Shown here piece after piece: positions 45,488 through 55,302 of a DNA stretch of 64,000 nt. The notes beneath the pieces were generated by a model. That model was not told the origin of the DNA and ran no database searches. It worked only from the letters and a program-made list of their open reading frames with translations. Every line of letters starts with the position of its first letter. The stretch's first letter is position 1. The position numbers and the translations under genes are program-made. This DNA comes from Arenicellales bacterium (GTDB lineage Bacteria; Pseudomonadota; Gammaproteobacteria; Arenicellales; JAJDZL01), in assembly GCA_965232345.1 (NCBI GenBank), contig OZ246969.1, positions 2,369,613 through 2,433,612 on the forward strand, given 5' to 3'.

Positions 45488-46918
45488 TCAGCAATGTGTC
45501 GCTCCATTTTCGCACCAGCCATCACACAAGCCGTTGCTGTTCAGGCAGCAAGTTGAGTAAATCCTGATGGTGTGATCATCGCAGCCAAGAGTTGACAGAT
45601 TTCGAGATCTGTAGGCATGCACGCTGGAAATTCCGACCCATGTGCCGCAGGCATGGCAGGTCCCGCCGCAGCTCAGCGAACCCGGATTCTGTGCCAGCAC
45701 CGTAGCCCGAGTTGGGGTGCATGACTGTATCGGATTCGTTATGTTGTCAAGAATGTCTTGAGTGTTCTGATCAATTTGCTGACGATTGCTTGCAATCGCA
45801 GCGGTGTTCACGTTCACCCTGCCAGTCAAATCGAAAATATCGGAAAAATTTCTTCTTATCTCCTGCTGATTGCTTGCAATCGCGCGCATATTGGCCTGAA
45901 TGTCTTGTTCATTGACCGTAACTCTCGAAGTGAGACGGTTGATGTCTGTGTCAATTCGAACGACATCCGGCGCTTGATTGAACTTTTCGAAGCCATCGCC
46001 GGAAACACCGTCGACCGGTTCAACCTCAAGCAGATCGAACTCGGCTGATGAGGCTTGCAGAGAGTCGGCTTCGACTTGTCCTGCAACCAGAAGGTCACCT
46101 GTGGTCGTGTTCACTTCAACGTCCCCCGGACCCTCGACAATCAGACCGGCTGCTGACATATTGACCTCCATGCCATTCTGAAAATTCAGTCCGTCTGTCA
46201 TTTCATTGCCGCCGTCGATTCGCAAAAAAGGCGCGTTTCCTGTTGCCAGCGCACCCACCCTCGCCTGCAGGCGAGCGAGATCATCAACTTGGTCGGGATC
46301 GTAGTTGGGATCGTCGGGGTCGAAGATGACAGCCGCAGGGTCAGGCTCGACGAACATCAATTCAAAGAAGTCCATGACACCGGCGCCGGTCTGCTCGAGT
46401 GCAGTCTGGAAGGCGGCGGCCGCAAGATCGGGGCGCGAGTCCGGCAGTCCGTCATCATTGGCATCGTCTCCGCTGCGGAACACACCGAAGTCAATGACTC
46501 CAAGTGATCCAGCCGGGGTGATGCTGACATCGATTTCAAGATCGCCGTATGTCAATGCGTCCCCGGTATCGGATCTCGCATATGGAATCGGCGTTTCAGA
46601 GCTGAATGAGCATGACAGAAAACGCGGCCCGGTCGGGTCATCGCAGTCCTGCAGCTGCGCAACAGTGTAATTGCCGCTCGAAGCCGGCGGACTCTGCGCC
46701 AGCCAGGTTGACGATGCGCGTGCGTAGGTTGCGATCGCGCGGCCGGCGTTTTGTGCGTTGCTGATCTCAATTTGACTCACCCTGTTCTGCGCCCAGACCG
46801 CCAGAATGGTCACGCCAATGCTCAGAACGATCAGAGTTTCGGCGAGAGAGATCGCACCATTCTGGCTCTGTCTGGACTGGCCGAAAAATCGATTGCATAA
46901 AATTCGAAGCAAAATCAT
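45488..46918 (-). CDS. pilV: type IVb minor pilin / tip adhesin, PilV-like
   Basis: Prepilin-like N-terminus ...SQNGAISLAETLIVLSIGVTILAV, parallel to the PilS-like leader. 476 aa from Met 46918. Internal 28-aa AIASN(Q/R)Q(E/Q)I repeat and a Cys-rich C-terminal region. Confidence 0.68.
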   Translation of the reverse strand: MILLRILCNRFFGQSRQSQNGAISLAETLIVLSIGVTILAVWAQNRVSQIEISNAQNAGRAIATYARASSTWLAQSPPASSGNYTVAQLQDCDDPTGPRFLSCSFSSETPIPYARSDTGDALTYGDLEIDVSITPAGSLGVIDFGVFRSGDDANDDGLPDSRPDLAAAAFQTALEQTGAGVMDFFELMFVEPDPAAVIFDPDDPNYDPDQVDDLARLQARVGALATGNAPFLRIDGGNEMTDGLNFQNGMEVNMSAAGLIVEGPGDVEVNTTTGDLLVAGQVEADSLQASSAEFDLLEVEPVDGVSGDGFEKFNQAPDVVRIDTDINRLTSRVTVNEQDIQANMRAIASNQQEIRRNFSDIFDLTGRVNVNTAAIASNRQQIDQNTQDILDNITNPIQSCTPTRATVLAQNPGSLSCGGTCHACGTWVGISSVHAYRSRNLSTLGCDDHTIRIYSTCCLNSNGLCDGWCENGATHC

Positions 46919-46920
46919 GA

Positions 46921-47517
46921 CTAGCCTCGAAACGTCCAAGTGACATCGTTTGGCGGCGACACTGCGCACAGCGCGGCGATATCAGCCGCGAGGGATTCGT
47001 CGTTTTCCGTATTTGGATCATCCGTCGCATCCAGATCCAGCACCGTTCCGCCGATGTCAATTGAATTCGCCATCTCCGCAGTGGTGGCGACCAGCGAGGT
47101 ACAGGCATCGCCCGGCATGCTCTCAAATTCGATAGTGAATGTCTGTCCACTGCCGGCGATCTCCACGTCGCCGCTCCACGGATGCTGTGGAGAGGACTCG
47201 CCTGCGATAAGAAAGTGCTGTGGAAACCCCGCCAGATTGCGGGCAAGTGCAGTGTTGAGACCGCCGAAGTTATTGCGCACCCCGAATGTCATGCGCACGC
47301 TGGACACAATTTGCGTGAGTCCAGTCATTCCAGTCGAAGCATTCCGTGCCGCAACCAGTGCCGGAATGCCTGCGAAGACCACCGCCAGCACCGTTGCCCC
47401 GACACCCAGTGCGATCAGGGTCTCAGCAACGGTAATGGCGCCTTTCTCGCGGTCGTCGGGTGACTTTCTGCGAAATGCATTGTTGAAAAGTTGGATAAGA
47501 AATTGAAACAGTTTCAT
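46921..47517 (-). CDS. pilS: type IVb major prepilin, PilS-like
   Basis: From the ATG at 47517, preceded by GGAGC: long basic leader MKLFQFLIQLFNNAFRRKSPDDREKG, then AITVAETLIALGVGATVLAVVFAG. Confidence 0.7.
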   Translation of the reverse strand: MKLFQFLIQLFNNAFRRKSPDDREKGAITVAETLIALGVGATVLAVVFAGIPALVAARNASTGMTGLTQIVSSVRMTFGVRNNFGGLNTALARNLAGFPQHFLIAGESSPQHPWSGDVEIAGSGQTFTIEFESMPGDACTSLVATTAEMANSIDIGGTVLDLDATDDPNTENDESLAADIAALCAVSPPNDVTWTFRG

Positions 47518-47545
47518 GATTGAGCTCCGTATTGACAGTGAATGA

Positions 47546-48604
47546 TCAGAATGTTGAGTTTTGAAGAGTGAAAACCACCCGGGCAATGCCGACATATATC
47601 CAGACTGCAGCTGCACCGATGCCGAGCAGGAGGACCGAGGAGAGAGTCTTTGTGGTGCGTTTCAGTTTTGCCAGAGCCCTTTCCAAATCTTCGTCAGCAA
47701 TCCGTTCTGCGTGTGTCGCGAAGTCACCGATGCGCTCGTAAATTCGCAGCGTGTCCAGTGTCTCGGCAGAAAACAGTCCAGTGTCAAGCGCCTGGTCGAC
47801 ACTGTCACCCCGATAAAGATTCGAGCGCATTGTGCGAACGTGCGATGCCAGATACTTGGGAAGACCGCGCTCCAGCTGGCTCAGGGCTTTTATCCGCTGC
47901 ACACCGGCATGCATCAGTGCCAGCAGGGCGCTCAGAATCTCAGGTCCTGAAAACTGCCGGTAGAGCGCGAAGGGGGGATACCAGTCAAACTGCTCCCGCA
48001 AGGGACCTGACCAGCGAGGCGCAGCCCAGACAGAAATCGCAAGAACCGATGCGAGCGCCGCGGCCAGGTACGCGCCCCAAGTGGATACAAAGTTTGAGAA
48101 TGCGAGAACGCTGAGCGACACCATCGGCCATTTGGACTGGTCGAGAACCGCACTCATTGCTGAAAGAGCCTGACCCGGCAGCAGAGCGATGACCAGACTG
48201 CCGCCACACAGCAGCAGGGTGGGATAGGTGAGTCCCGAAATCAGCGTTGATCGCAGCTTCTGCCGGACTGTCGCCATGCGCGCCGCCTGCTCGAAACCCT
48301 CTGCAATCCTGCCTTCCTGAGTGATCTGAATGATCGCCAGCTCCTCCTGCGGCACCCACCCGACTGCGCCTGTGGAGAAGCTGCGGGATCTGATTGCCGC
48401 ACGCTGGTGCATGGCGAAGCGCAACGAAACTGAATTCTCCACTTTGCTTTCACATAGAAACTCCAGGGCTGCAGCGATCGGCACCCCTGAACGGCTGAGC
48501 GAGGCCAGCCGCATCCACAGCCTGGCGCGCGTATGCGCAGATGAGCGAAAGCGCTGCCGGTGCAGATACTGAGCGGTTTGTTCAAACCAGACTGGTGTCA
48601 GCAT
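47546..48604 (-). CDS. pilR: type IV pilus platform membrane protein (GspF/PilC family; R64 PilR-like)
   Basis: 352 aa with a duplicated GspF-like architecture and three TM regions. Follows the ATPase gene. Confidence 0.78.
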   Translation of the reverse strand: MLTPVWFEQTAQYLHRQRFRSSAHTRARLWMRLASLSRSGVPIAAALEFLCESKVENSVSLRFAMHQRAAIRSRSFSTGAVGWVPQEELAIIQITQEGRIAEGFEQAARMATVRQKLRSTLISGLTYPTLLLCGGSLVIALLPGQALSAMSAVLDQSKWPMVSLSVLAFSNFVSTWGAYLAAALASVLAISVWAAPRWSGPLREQFDWYPPFALYRQFSGPEILSALLALMHAGVQRIKALSQLERGLPKYLASHVRTMRSNLYRGDSVDQALDTGLFSAETLDTLRIYERIGDFATHAERIADEDLERALAKLKRTTKTLSSVLLLGIGAAAVWIYVGIARVVFTLQNSTF

Positions 48605-50231
48605 GTGCGGATGTCTCCAAACTCAGGTTTTCGGATGGTGTTCGGTAATTTTCAGGACTTTCATTGGGTGCCGGTTCTGCCGTCAGGGAACCGATCTGCC
48701 ATTCGACATCAGTCGGCGAGACCAGTCCTTTGGCAATCAACCGCGCCCCCTGGCGAATGACGGGACGGCCGTTCAGGTCATTGAGCCAGTGCCGCCGGGC
48801 GCTGTGATAGTCACCTTTGCTCAGCTTGAAGATCATCTCATCATCCGGCAGGACGATTTCTGCCATGACTGTGCGGCCGACAACCCCGCTTCCGCCGCAT
48901 CGTTCGCAATCCTCATCGCCCCGATAGCAGATATCTGAAGCATCAAGTCCGCATGCTTCCACGGCGATTGTTGCCCTTCGCACGCTGTCTTTGCGCCGAT
49001 GGTCGCTGCCTCGGCCTTTTCGGGCCCATAAATCCGAGCTGATCTTGCAGTCCGGACACAGTTTCGGCACCAGAGACTGATACATCAAGCCCTTCAGCAC
49101 ATCGGGCGCGCACAGAAGACTGGTGTTGATGCCAAGGCCGGTCAGCCGTCCCACAATGCCAAGCGCCGTGGACGCGTGAACGGTCGTGTAGACGCGGTGC
49201 CCCGACTGGGCGAATTTGACTGTCAGCAGGGCCGACTGCAGATCGCGGATCTCACCGACCATAAGCGTGTCGGGATCACAGCGCAGAGCGCCGCGGATCG
49301 CAAAGGAGAATTCATCACCGCCGGAAGATCCTTTTCTTCTGATCACCGGCACCTGCGTGGCGCCCGGAATCACACGTTCAGGCGGGTCCTCAACGGTGAT
49401 GATGCGCAGTCGGGAATGATGCATCTCGAGCTCCTCATTCAGCATGCTCACAATCGATGTGCTCTTCCCACTGCCGACGCCACCGGCCATGACAAGCAGA
49501 CCCGAAGGCCGCTGCACCACGGTCTGAATCGCCTGAATCTGTTCAGGTTCGTAGCCCAATTCGTCAAGATGCAGGGTATCCTCGCTGCCTGGCAATATTC
49601 GCAGGACCATGTCATACCCGTCCGGAGATGCGGGAATCGTGCCCACTCGGACTCGCACCCGTCTGCCATTTGCCAGAATCGTATCGGCAACTGCGTCCTG
49701 TGGCTCATGGCGGTTCCAAGTCACTGCCTGGTCGTGCCCCAGCACTTCGTATATGAACCGGCATGTCTGATCGGCCAGCACTTCCGGCCATTCCGCATAA
49801 CGGACGATCTGCCCGCTGATGCGAAAACTGACCAAGGCGGACACTCGACGTCTCACGATGTGAATGTCCGAAGCGTCTTCTGCGACAGCTTTCGCCAGAA
49901 GCACGCGGACAATGTCCTGGCCGCGTTCGAAGTCAAGGTCAGCCGAACGGGGATTGGCAATTCTTTCTGCATCCGCATAGATGTCCTCCAGAATGTTCGG
50001 AGTCACCTCGATCTGATCGATAATCTGTACGTTCTGCCTTTTCAGATTCTCCCGAAGCTGCGCCTTGAGTCGCGCCGGGTACTGCAGCGCTGTAAACAGG
50101 ATGTAGGCGGCTGTCGGCGGCTCATCCTCCGACACAGCCGCATAGAACAAGCGTTCTGACTGGTCGATCGGCACCCACGATTCCGGGCCGCCTGTAAGCA
50201 CCAGTTTGTAGGCGGGCAGATCGGAGTTCAT
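48582..50231 (-). CDS. pilQ: type IV pilus assembly ATPase (GspE/PulE family; R64 PilQ-like)
   Basis: 549 aa. Walker A MAGGVGSGKSTS, Asp box, Walker B LMVGEIRD, His box, and a tetracysteine motif (CPDC...CERCGGSG). Confidence 0.88.
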   Translation of the reverse strand: MNSDLPAYKLVLTGGPESWVPIDQSERLFYAAVSEDEPPTAAYILFTALQYPARLKAQLRENLKRQNVQIIDQIEVTPNILEDIYADAERIANPRSADLDFERGQDIVRVLLAKAVAEDASDIHIVRRRVSALVSFRISGQIVRYAEWPEVLADQTCRFIYEVLGHDQAVTWNRHEPQDAVADTILANGRRVRVRVGTIPASPDGYDMVLRILPGSEDTLHLDELGYEPEQIQAIQTVVQRPSGLLVMAGGVGSGKSTSIVSMLNEELEMHHSRLRIITVEDPPERVIPGATQVPVIRRKGSSGGDEFSFAIRGALRCDPDTLMVGEIRDLQSALLTVKFAQSGHRVYTTVHASTALGIVGRLTGLGINTSLLCAPDVLKGLMYQSLVPKLCPDCKISSDLWARKGRGSDHRRKDSVRRATIAVEACGLDASDICYRGDEDCERCGGSGVVGRTVMAEIVLPDDEMIFKLSKGDYHSARRHWLNDLNGRPVIRQGARLIAKGLVSPTDVEWQIGSLTAEPAPNESPENYRTPSENLSLETSAHADTSLV

Positions 50232-50743
50232 TGCGGATTCACCTTGTCTGTCTGCTGTGGTGTGGAGCGTCCCGATAGTCCGATCGAGATTTCGTGTCCG
50301 GAAACCAGCAGGCGCATGCCGCGCGGATGCACTTCCGTCACCAGCGCCAGGCGAATGGAATCACCGTTCCGCAGCCGATATTCCCTGCCATCGAGGCGCG
50401 CATAAGCTGTCAGGCCGTCGGCGTTTCCGACGATCGCATAAACCTCCAGATTCTGGTCGAACCAGTTGACTCGATCCATGCCGGGATTGGATTCATGCGC
50501 TTCATCCTGAGCGGAAACCTGCGGCGGCGGACTGCTGTGGCTTGAGTGAATCTCAGAAATCTTGGCCACCAGCTGCTGATATTCGAGCACGCGTCGCAGA
50601 ATGTCCTGCTGATTCTGCAGACAGTCCAGCAGCGCGACCGTGCCCGAGCTCGAACTGCAGACGGCAGGAATTTCCGGCATCTGCTGCGCGGGCGCCCAGT
50701 GCGGCAGGACAAGCCACAGGCTCGCGATCGACCTAATCAGCAT
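50228..50743 (-). CDS. PilP-like pilus biogenesis protein
   Basis: Signal-like MLIRSIASLWLVLPHWAPAQQ from the internal Met at 50743. Small, sits between the pilO-like and pilQ-like genes, and its C-terminus is beta-rich. Confidence 0.5.
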   Translation of the reverse strand: MLIRSIASLWLVLPHWAPAQQMPEIPAVCSSSSGTVALLDCLQNQQDILRRVLEYQQLVAKISEIHSSHSSPPPQVSAQDEAHESNPGMDRVNWFDQNLEVYAIVGNADGLTAYARLDGREYRLRNGDSIRLALVTEVHPRGMRLLVSGHEISIGLSGRSTPQQTDKVNPQ

Positions 50744-51992
50744 ACGCAAAGTAATCTCCCTCCAGCTCCCAGCTGAACGAATCCGCCAGCGTGACTTTGA
50801 CTCGAGAGACATGCAGCGGCAGCTCCTTGAGACTGATCGCGGCAGCGATCATTTCATTCAGCTGACTGCTGCCGCCGATCAGCCGCGAGCGTGTGACGGG
50901 ATATCGCTCTCCGAATGGCCGCGCTGGATCAAGCGTCCAATGGCCGGGCAGCTTCGCAAGCTGATCCAGCAGCTGCATGCGCTCAGATTTCTGGTCCAGC
51001 CGTTTCTCAAACTCATCGTCTTCCGACCTGAGCGTCGCGGCGAATGGAATGATTTCGGTCACAATCTTGGCATCGTGACTGAATTCGAACTGACGAGATT
51101 CAAGATATGCGGATATGTCATTGACATCGCCGTGTTCTCGAAGCCATGTCACTGAAATGACATCATCTTGCCATTCGTAAGAATGAGTGCGCCAGCCGCC
51201 GGCGCGCAAAGGGCGATCATAGACTGTATCTGAAAGCGTGGCCAGCAGCAAAGCGGCGTGCTGACTCAGTTGCTGACTCAGAGCGACTCTTTCCTGATCA
51301 AATGTCTTTTGGAAAGCCTGCTGGCGCAGCAGCCGCTGCCGGTCCGCTTCGTCGGCATGATCGATGTATTGCCATGCGCCGACTGCTGAACAGGCCAGCA
51401 GCGCTCCAACCGCAACTCCCAGAACGGGTTTGTTGAGCTTGCGTGTCTGTATGGGACGGCAGGTGATGTCACTTGCCGGAGCGACGCCATCCACCAATTC
51501 TGCGAAGTCCAGATTCAGAGCTCCTTCGATCTCAAATTCGCCGAATTTGTCATAAAGCGGGATGTTCTTTCCTGCGATGTCAGAACGGATCTCTTTCAGT
51601 CTCTCTTCAATGAAGAACTTCTGGCCGATCAGGTCGCCAGCTGGAAAAACCGCCCCGTCTTCGATGGTGCACAGCCAGTACAGATTGGCCGCGAGGCGCT
51701 CGATCAGAACAACGGAGCGCTGAGCCTGAGCGAGATGGGCAGCGCCGCTGTTCAGTCCGAGATCCTCCTTGTCGGGTGTCGCGCCCAACTGGCTGCCGGC
51801 GGGGGTCTCCATTTCAGTGTATCCAACTACGTTCATGTCCAGAGACAGCAGCTCGCGTGTTTTTCGCCGCTCGCGTCCGGTCGGCGACCGCAAGGCAGGA
51901 GCCAGCCAAGTCAGCCCGATCGCCATATCCTGATCACAGAATCGATGAACGGTCACCTTGTCGCCTCCAGATTCTGCGGCCGGAAAAGTCAA
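50733..51992 (-). CDS. PilO-like pilus biogenesis protein
   Basis: 419-aa ORF (alternative start Met at 51926) with a mid-protein TM (VLGVAVGALLACSAVGAW). Position after the secretin gene is as in R64/PAPI-1 clusters. Confidence 0.5.
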   Translation of the reverse strand: MTFPAAESGGDKVTVHRFCDQDMAIGLTWLAPALRSPTGRERRKTRELLSLDMNVVGYTEMETPAGSQLGATPDKEDLGLNSGAAHLAQAQRSVVLIERLAANLYWLCTIEDGAVFPAGDLIGQKFFIEERLKEIRSDIAGKNIPLYDKFGEFEIEGALNLDFAELVDGVAPASDITCRPIQTRKLNKPVLGVAVGALLACSAVGAWQYIDHADEADRQRLLRQQAFQKTFDQERVALSQQLSQHAALLLATLSDTVYDRPLRAGGWRTHSYEWQDDVISVTWLREHGDVNDISAYLESRQFEFSHDAKIVTEIIPFAATLRSEDDEFEKRLDQKSERMQLLDQLAKLPGHWTLDPARPFGERYPVTRSRLIGGSSQLNEMIAAAISLKELPLHVSRVKVTLADSFSWELEGDYFAYAD

Positions 51993-53505
51993 TCGCCGGA
52001 CGAATGATGTGCGGTGTGATCAGAAGCACCAGGCTGGTGCGGGTGGTCTTGATTTTCGAATCCTTGCTGAATAGTGCGTTGCTCTTGGAATCGTCGGTCC
52101 GAAACGTGTCGAGTCCGGCAACGAACAGCAGTTCTCCTGAATTCAGTATGACCGGCAGGAGTGCGGAGCGAGACTCGAGGTTTGGCAGCTGGATGACCGG
52201 GTCCTCCGGTCCGGCATCCTGCGGAAAGCGGCTGATCTCCTTGATGCGGGTTGTTCTTACCGTCAAATTGAGCATGATTCGGTTGCTGTCGGCCAGGATT
52301 CTCGGCAGCATGTTGATTGCGATGCCATCTTGGATCTTGCCCGGCAGAAGACGCACCGCGGTCGTCCCTTCGGTGTTGACCACTTCGCGCCGCTCAAGGT
52401 AGGAGGTTTCGTCACCGAAGAAAATCGGCACTGGAAAACCGTTCAGGCCCCGAATCACTGTCGAGGTCAGTTTCGCGACTCGATTGTCTCCGGCTGACTT
52501 TCGCAGTATCACCTCGAAGTCGCTTGCATCAACGGCTGGAGCGCTGGAATGAGTCAATTGGATGCCAACAAGTCCGCCGGCATCGTCGCTGTCAAAGTTG
52601 ATTTCGGCCGCGCTTTTTCCGAATGCCTCCTTCATGAACCCTCTGAAGTTGAAGCCCGCCGCCGCATTCTCACTTTGATGAATCTCGTAAAGGTCGACAT
52701 TCACCAGAACTTGCGTGGTCAGCTCTTGATTCTTGATCGCGATCCAGTCGGCGATCCGCTGCAGAGCGGCCGGGGTGTCGACCACAGTCACTTCACCTGA
52801 CAGGCGGTTGATATTGAATCTGCCGGCTTGCGTGAGCAGACTGCTCAATGACGTTTCGATCTGCTCCCAGAAGTTCGAGGTGTCCATTGAAACGACAACC
52901 CTGTCCTGCGCCTGCAGATCCGATCCGCTGGAGCCGCTCTGAACTGATCCTGAAAGACCGACTGAAGCCTGCCACTTTGTGTCGACGGTTGGAACCAACA
53001 AGGTCCACAGGCCAAGTTCGGTATGAAAGATCTCGATTCGGTTATGACGGACGCGCCAGCTGTAACCTAAGCGGCCGGTTATGTGATTGAGCGCTTCCCT
53101 GGCAGACCCTTGCCAGTTGATCGCGGGAAGTTCGTCTGTTTCAATGTCGGCCGCGATGGTGATGGGCAAGCCGACTTGAGCGGCGATCTGGCGGGTCAGT
53201 TCATACAGCGTGACAGATTCGACGAATGTCAATTCGATTTTCTGATTGAGTTCTGCCGGTTCCGGATCGGGCGAGTCGATCACTCGAATCGGAGACTGCG
53301 GGCCTATCCACGCCTGCGGGTACTGCTGAACGAAATCTGAATCAGGCGTGCCTGCCTTGACCTGAGACGTTCGAACCAGCTCATTCTCGACTTCGTTGAC
53401 GAACTCTTCGGTCGAGGAACTGATTTCAGTCGGCAGTCGGCAGGCGGAAAGCGACACCGCTATCGCGAAAGCTGCGGACAGCTTGATGGAGCGCTCGATA
53501 TTCAT
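51934..53505 (-). CDS. pilN: type IVb pilus secretin lipoprotein, PilN-like
   Basis: 523 aa. Lipobox AIAVSLSACRLP. C-terminal secretin domain (…IAINMLPRILADSNRIMLNLTVRTTRI…LLFVAGLDTFRTDD…LVLLITPHII). Confidence 0.78.
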   Translation of the reverse strand: MNIERSIKLSAAFAIAVSLSACRLPTEISSSTEEFVNEVENELVRTSQVKAGTPDSDFVQQYPQAWIGPQSPIRVIDSPDPEPAELNQKIELTFVESVTLYELTRQIAAQVGLPITIAADIETDELPAINWQGSAREALNHITGRLGYSWRVRHNRIEIFHTELGLWTLLVPTVDTKWQASVGLSGSVQSGSSGSDLQAQDRVVVSMDTSNFWEQIETSLSSLLTQAGRFNINRLSGEVTVVDTPAALQRIADWIAIKNQELTTQVLVNVDLYEIHQSENAAAGFNFRGFMKEAFGKSAAEINFDSDDAGGLVGIQLTHSSAPAVDASDFEVILRKSAGDNRVAKLTSTVIRGLNGFPVPIFFGDETSYLERREVVNTEGTTAVRLLPGKIQDGIAINMLPRILADSNRIMLNLTVRTTRIKEISRFPQDAGPEDPVIQLPNLESRSALLPVILNSGELLFVAGLDTFRTDDSKSNALFSKDSKIKTTRTSLVLLITPHIIRPAIDFSGRRIWRRQGDRSSIL

Positions 53506-54278
53506 CTTGAGCTGGAGCTTGTGTATGCGTCTGGTTCAATCACAAGAACTGAATTGCCGCTGTAGAACTTGCCGATCAGGGGGACCGGAGCGTTTCGATA
53601 GTGCGCGAGCAGCGAACTGACCGCGTCAACCAGTGTGCCCGAGAAGGCTGAAGACTGCGTGATCGCGTAATCGTGGCGAGTGCGCCATTCCAGCGACCAG
53701 TCAGCCAGCTGTGTCCAGCTTTCCAGATTCTCCCGCAGCGTCATGGAACTTTGCAGCTGCCAGGTCCCCGGACTTGTCAATGCGGAGTCATTGGCAGGGT
53801 CGGCCGCATTGGTTCGAACCTGCGAATTTGAAGCCGCCGCCGGTGACTCAATGACCTCGATCGAATCCGCACCGGCGCGCTGAAACCACAGTATCCGCTG
53901 GCCGACATCCTCGTGCAGCTCCCAAGGCTGTCCGACTATGGTCTTCACCGCGGTTCGCACATCCAGCGGTCCGATCGACCGATGAGTTTCCGGCAGCGGC
54001 ATTGCGAGGGTTTGCTGAATGTCCGCGGTTGCGACATGCCTGAATCCGGATCGGTAGAGAATGTAGTCAATCGCCGTCCCGACTGTTTCGACATACGGTG
54101 GAAACCGCGTTTCGATCACAGCAGACAGCAAATCGACCTGGCTGGATTCGGCCGCCAGCGAGTGCAATGAGTAGCGATTCATGCGCTCCATCTCAACGGC
54201 CGAGGTCGCTTCGCAAGACATTGTCAGCGCGAGCGATCCCAATGTTCGGACCGCAAGATTTGTCCTGAAAATATTCAT
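53502..54278 (-). CDS. pilL: PilL-like conjugative transfer region protein (TIGR03748-like, with a TcpQ-like C-terminus)
   Basis: 258 aa. NRYSLHSLAAESSQVDLLSAVIETRFPPYVETVGTAIDYILYRSGF, and C-terminal TLRENLESWTQLADWSLEW. First gene of the pil cluster. Confidence 0.62.
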   Translation of the reverse strand: MNIFRTNLAVRTLGSLALTMSCEATSAVEMERMNRYSLHSLAAESSQVDLLSAVIETRFPPYVETVGTAIDYILYRSGFRHVATADIQQTLAMPLPETHRSIGPLDVRTAVKTIVGQPWELHEDVGQRILWFQRAGADSIEVIESPAAASNSQVRTNAADPANDSALTSPGTWQLQSSMTLRENLESWTQLADWSLEWRTRHDYAITQSSAFSGTLVDAVSSLLAHYRNAPVPLIGKFYSGNSVLVIEPDAYTSSSSR

Positions 54279-54390
54279 ACGCTGAACTATGCGCTGATTT
54301 GCGGAAAAGTGAAAGGATTAATTTGATATCAGCAGCGGATAATTAATTTTGAGGCCGCGGGCAGGTTGAAGACAGCCTTTCGGACGCTCA

Positions 54391-55302
54391 TCATGCCGGC
54401 GCGGGAATTTTGCTCATGAGATAATTTCGCGCCTTCCAGGCGAGGGCGCTGGATGTGAAAATCGCCTTGGGATCGTTTTCCAGAATCTTTATCCAGTCCA
54501 TGACGTAGGAATCGTGACGCAGCTCGCCGAAAATGTGATAGTCCGCACACAAGAATGCGGACCCAATCTCCGCGATCAGCTCCTCGTACGCATATCCAAC
54601 CGACTTGAATGGAAAGGGATCGACGATGCCGGCCCGATTCAACCTGGACTTATGGCCGGTCCAGTGGGTCAGCTCATGCATGAGGGTGCTGTAGTAGCCG
54701 GCGGTTGACTCGAATGCGGCTTTCGGCGGCATGCAGATGACATCTGATTCGGGAAAATAGGTGGCGACAGTCCCCGCATGCCGCACTTTCGCGCCGCACA
54801 GCTTGATCAGGTCATCGGCGCTGTGATGGGATTCCCAGTTCTGTTCCAGGGTGTGCGTCGGATATCTGCCTTTGGCGACTTTCTCAGGCAGGCCGACGCA
54901 CTGCTCCACATTGAACAATGTGAATGCGCGGGCGATTTTGTAGGGCTGCGCTTTCGGCTGCTCTTCATTTTCGTCATCTTCCAGTTTGCTGGCGACTTCG
55001 ATTTTCTTGAACAGCACAGCGACTGAGCCTTTTTCCCCTTTGCGAATCCGGCCGCCAAGCTTGGAAGCCTGGCGAAAGGACAGCCAGCGGTCGTACTCGT
55101 AGCCGCGGGCGATGGCAGATGCCCAGAGAATGGTGACATTGATTCCTGTGTATCGACGTTCAGTTACCGCATTGACTGGGTACCCCGGCACGGGACAGCA
55201 TTCTGACCAGGGCTTCCGCCATGGCGGTGCGCCGTTTTTCAGCGCGTCGATAAATACTTTTGTAACTTTTGTGAAAACACTTTGAGATTTTTCGTTGGTC
55301 AT
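54391..55302 (-). CDS. ArdC-like antirestriction protein (N-terminal ssDNA-binding domain plus zincin metalloprotease domain)
   Basis: 303 aa. N-terminus ...GAPPWRKPW...NAVTERRYTGINVTILW and C-terminal HELTHWTGH (HExxH). Confidence 0.8.
   Translation of the reverse strand: MTNEKSQSVFTKVTKVFIDALKNGAPPWRKPWSECCPVPGYPVNAVTERRYTGINVTILWASAIARGYEYDRWLSFRQASKLGGRIRKGEKGSVAVLFKKIEVASKLEDDENEEQPKAQPYKIARAFTLFNVEQCVGLPEKVAKGRYPTHTLEQNWESHHSADDLIKLCGAKVRHAGTVATYFPESDVICMPPKAAFESTAGYYSTLMHELTHWTGHKSRLNRAGIVDPFPFKSVGYAYEELIAEIGSAFLCADYHIFGELRHDSYVMDWIKILENDPKAIFTSSALAWKARNYLMSKIPAPA

Noticed and set aside
45488-46100. R64-style shufflon at the pilV 3' end
   Set aside because: There are no multiple inverted 19-bp repeats, no alternative C-terminal coding segments on the opposite strand, and no adjacent rci-like gene. 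Only the single 16-nt direct repeat reported in the findings is present.
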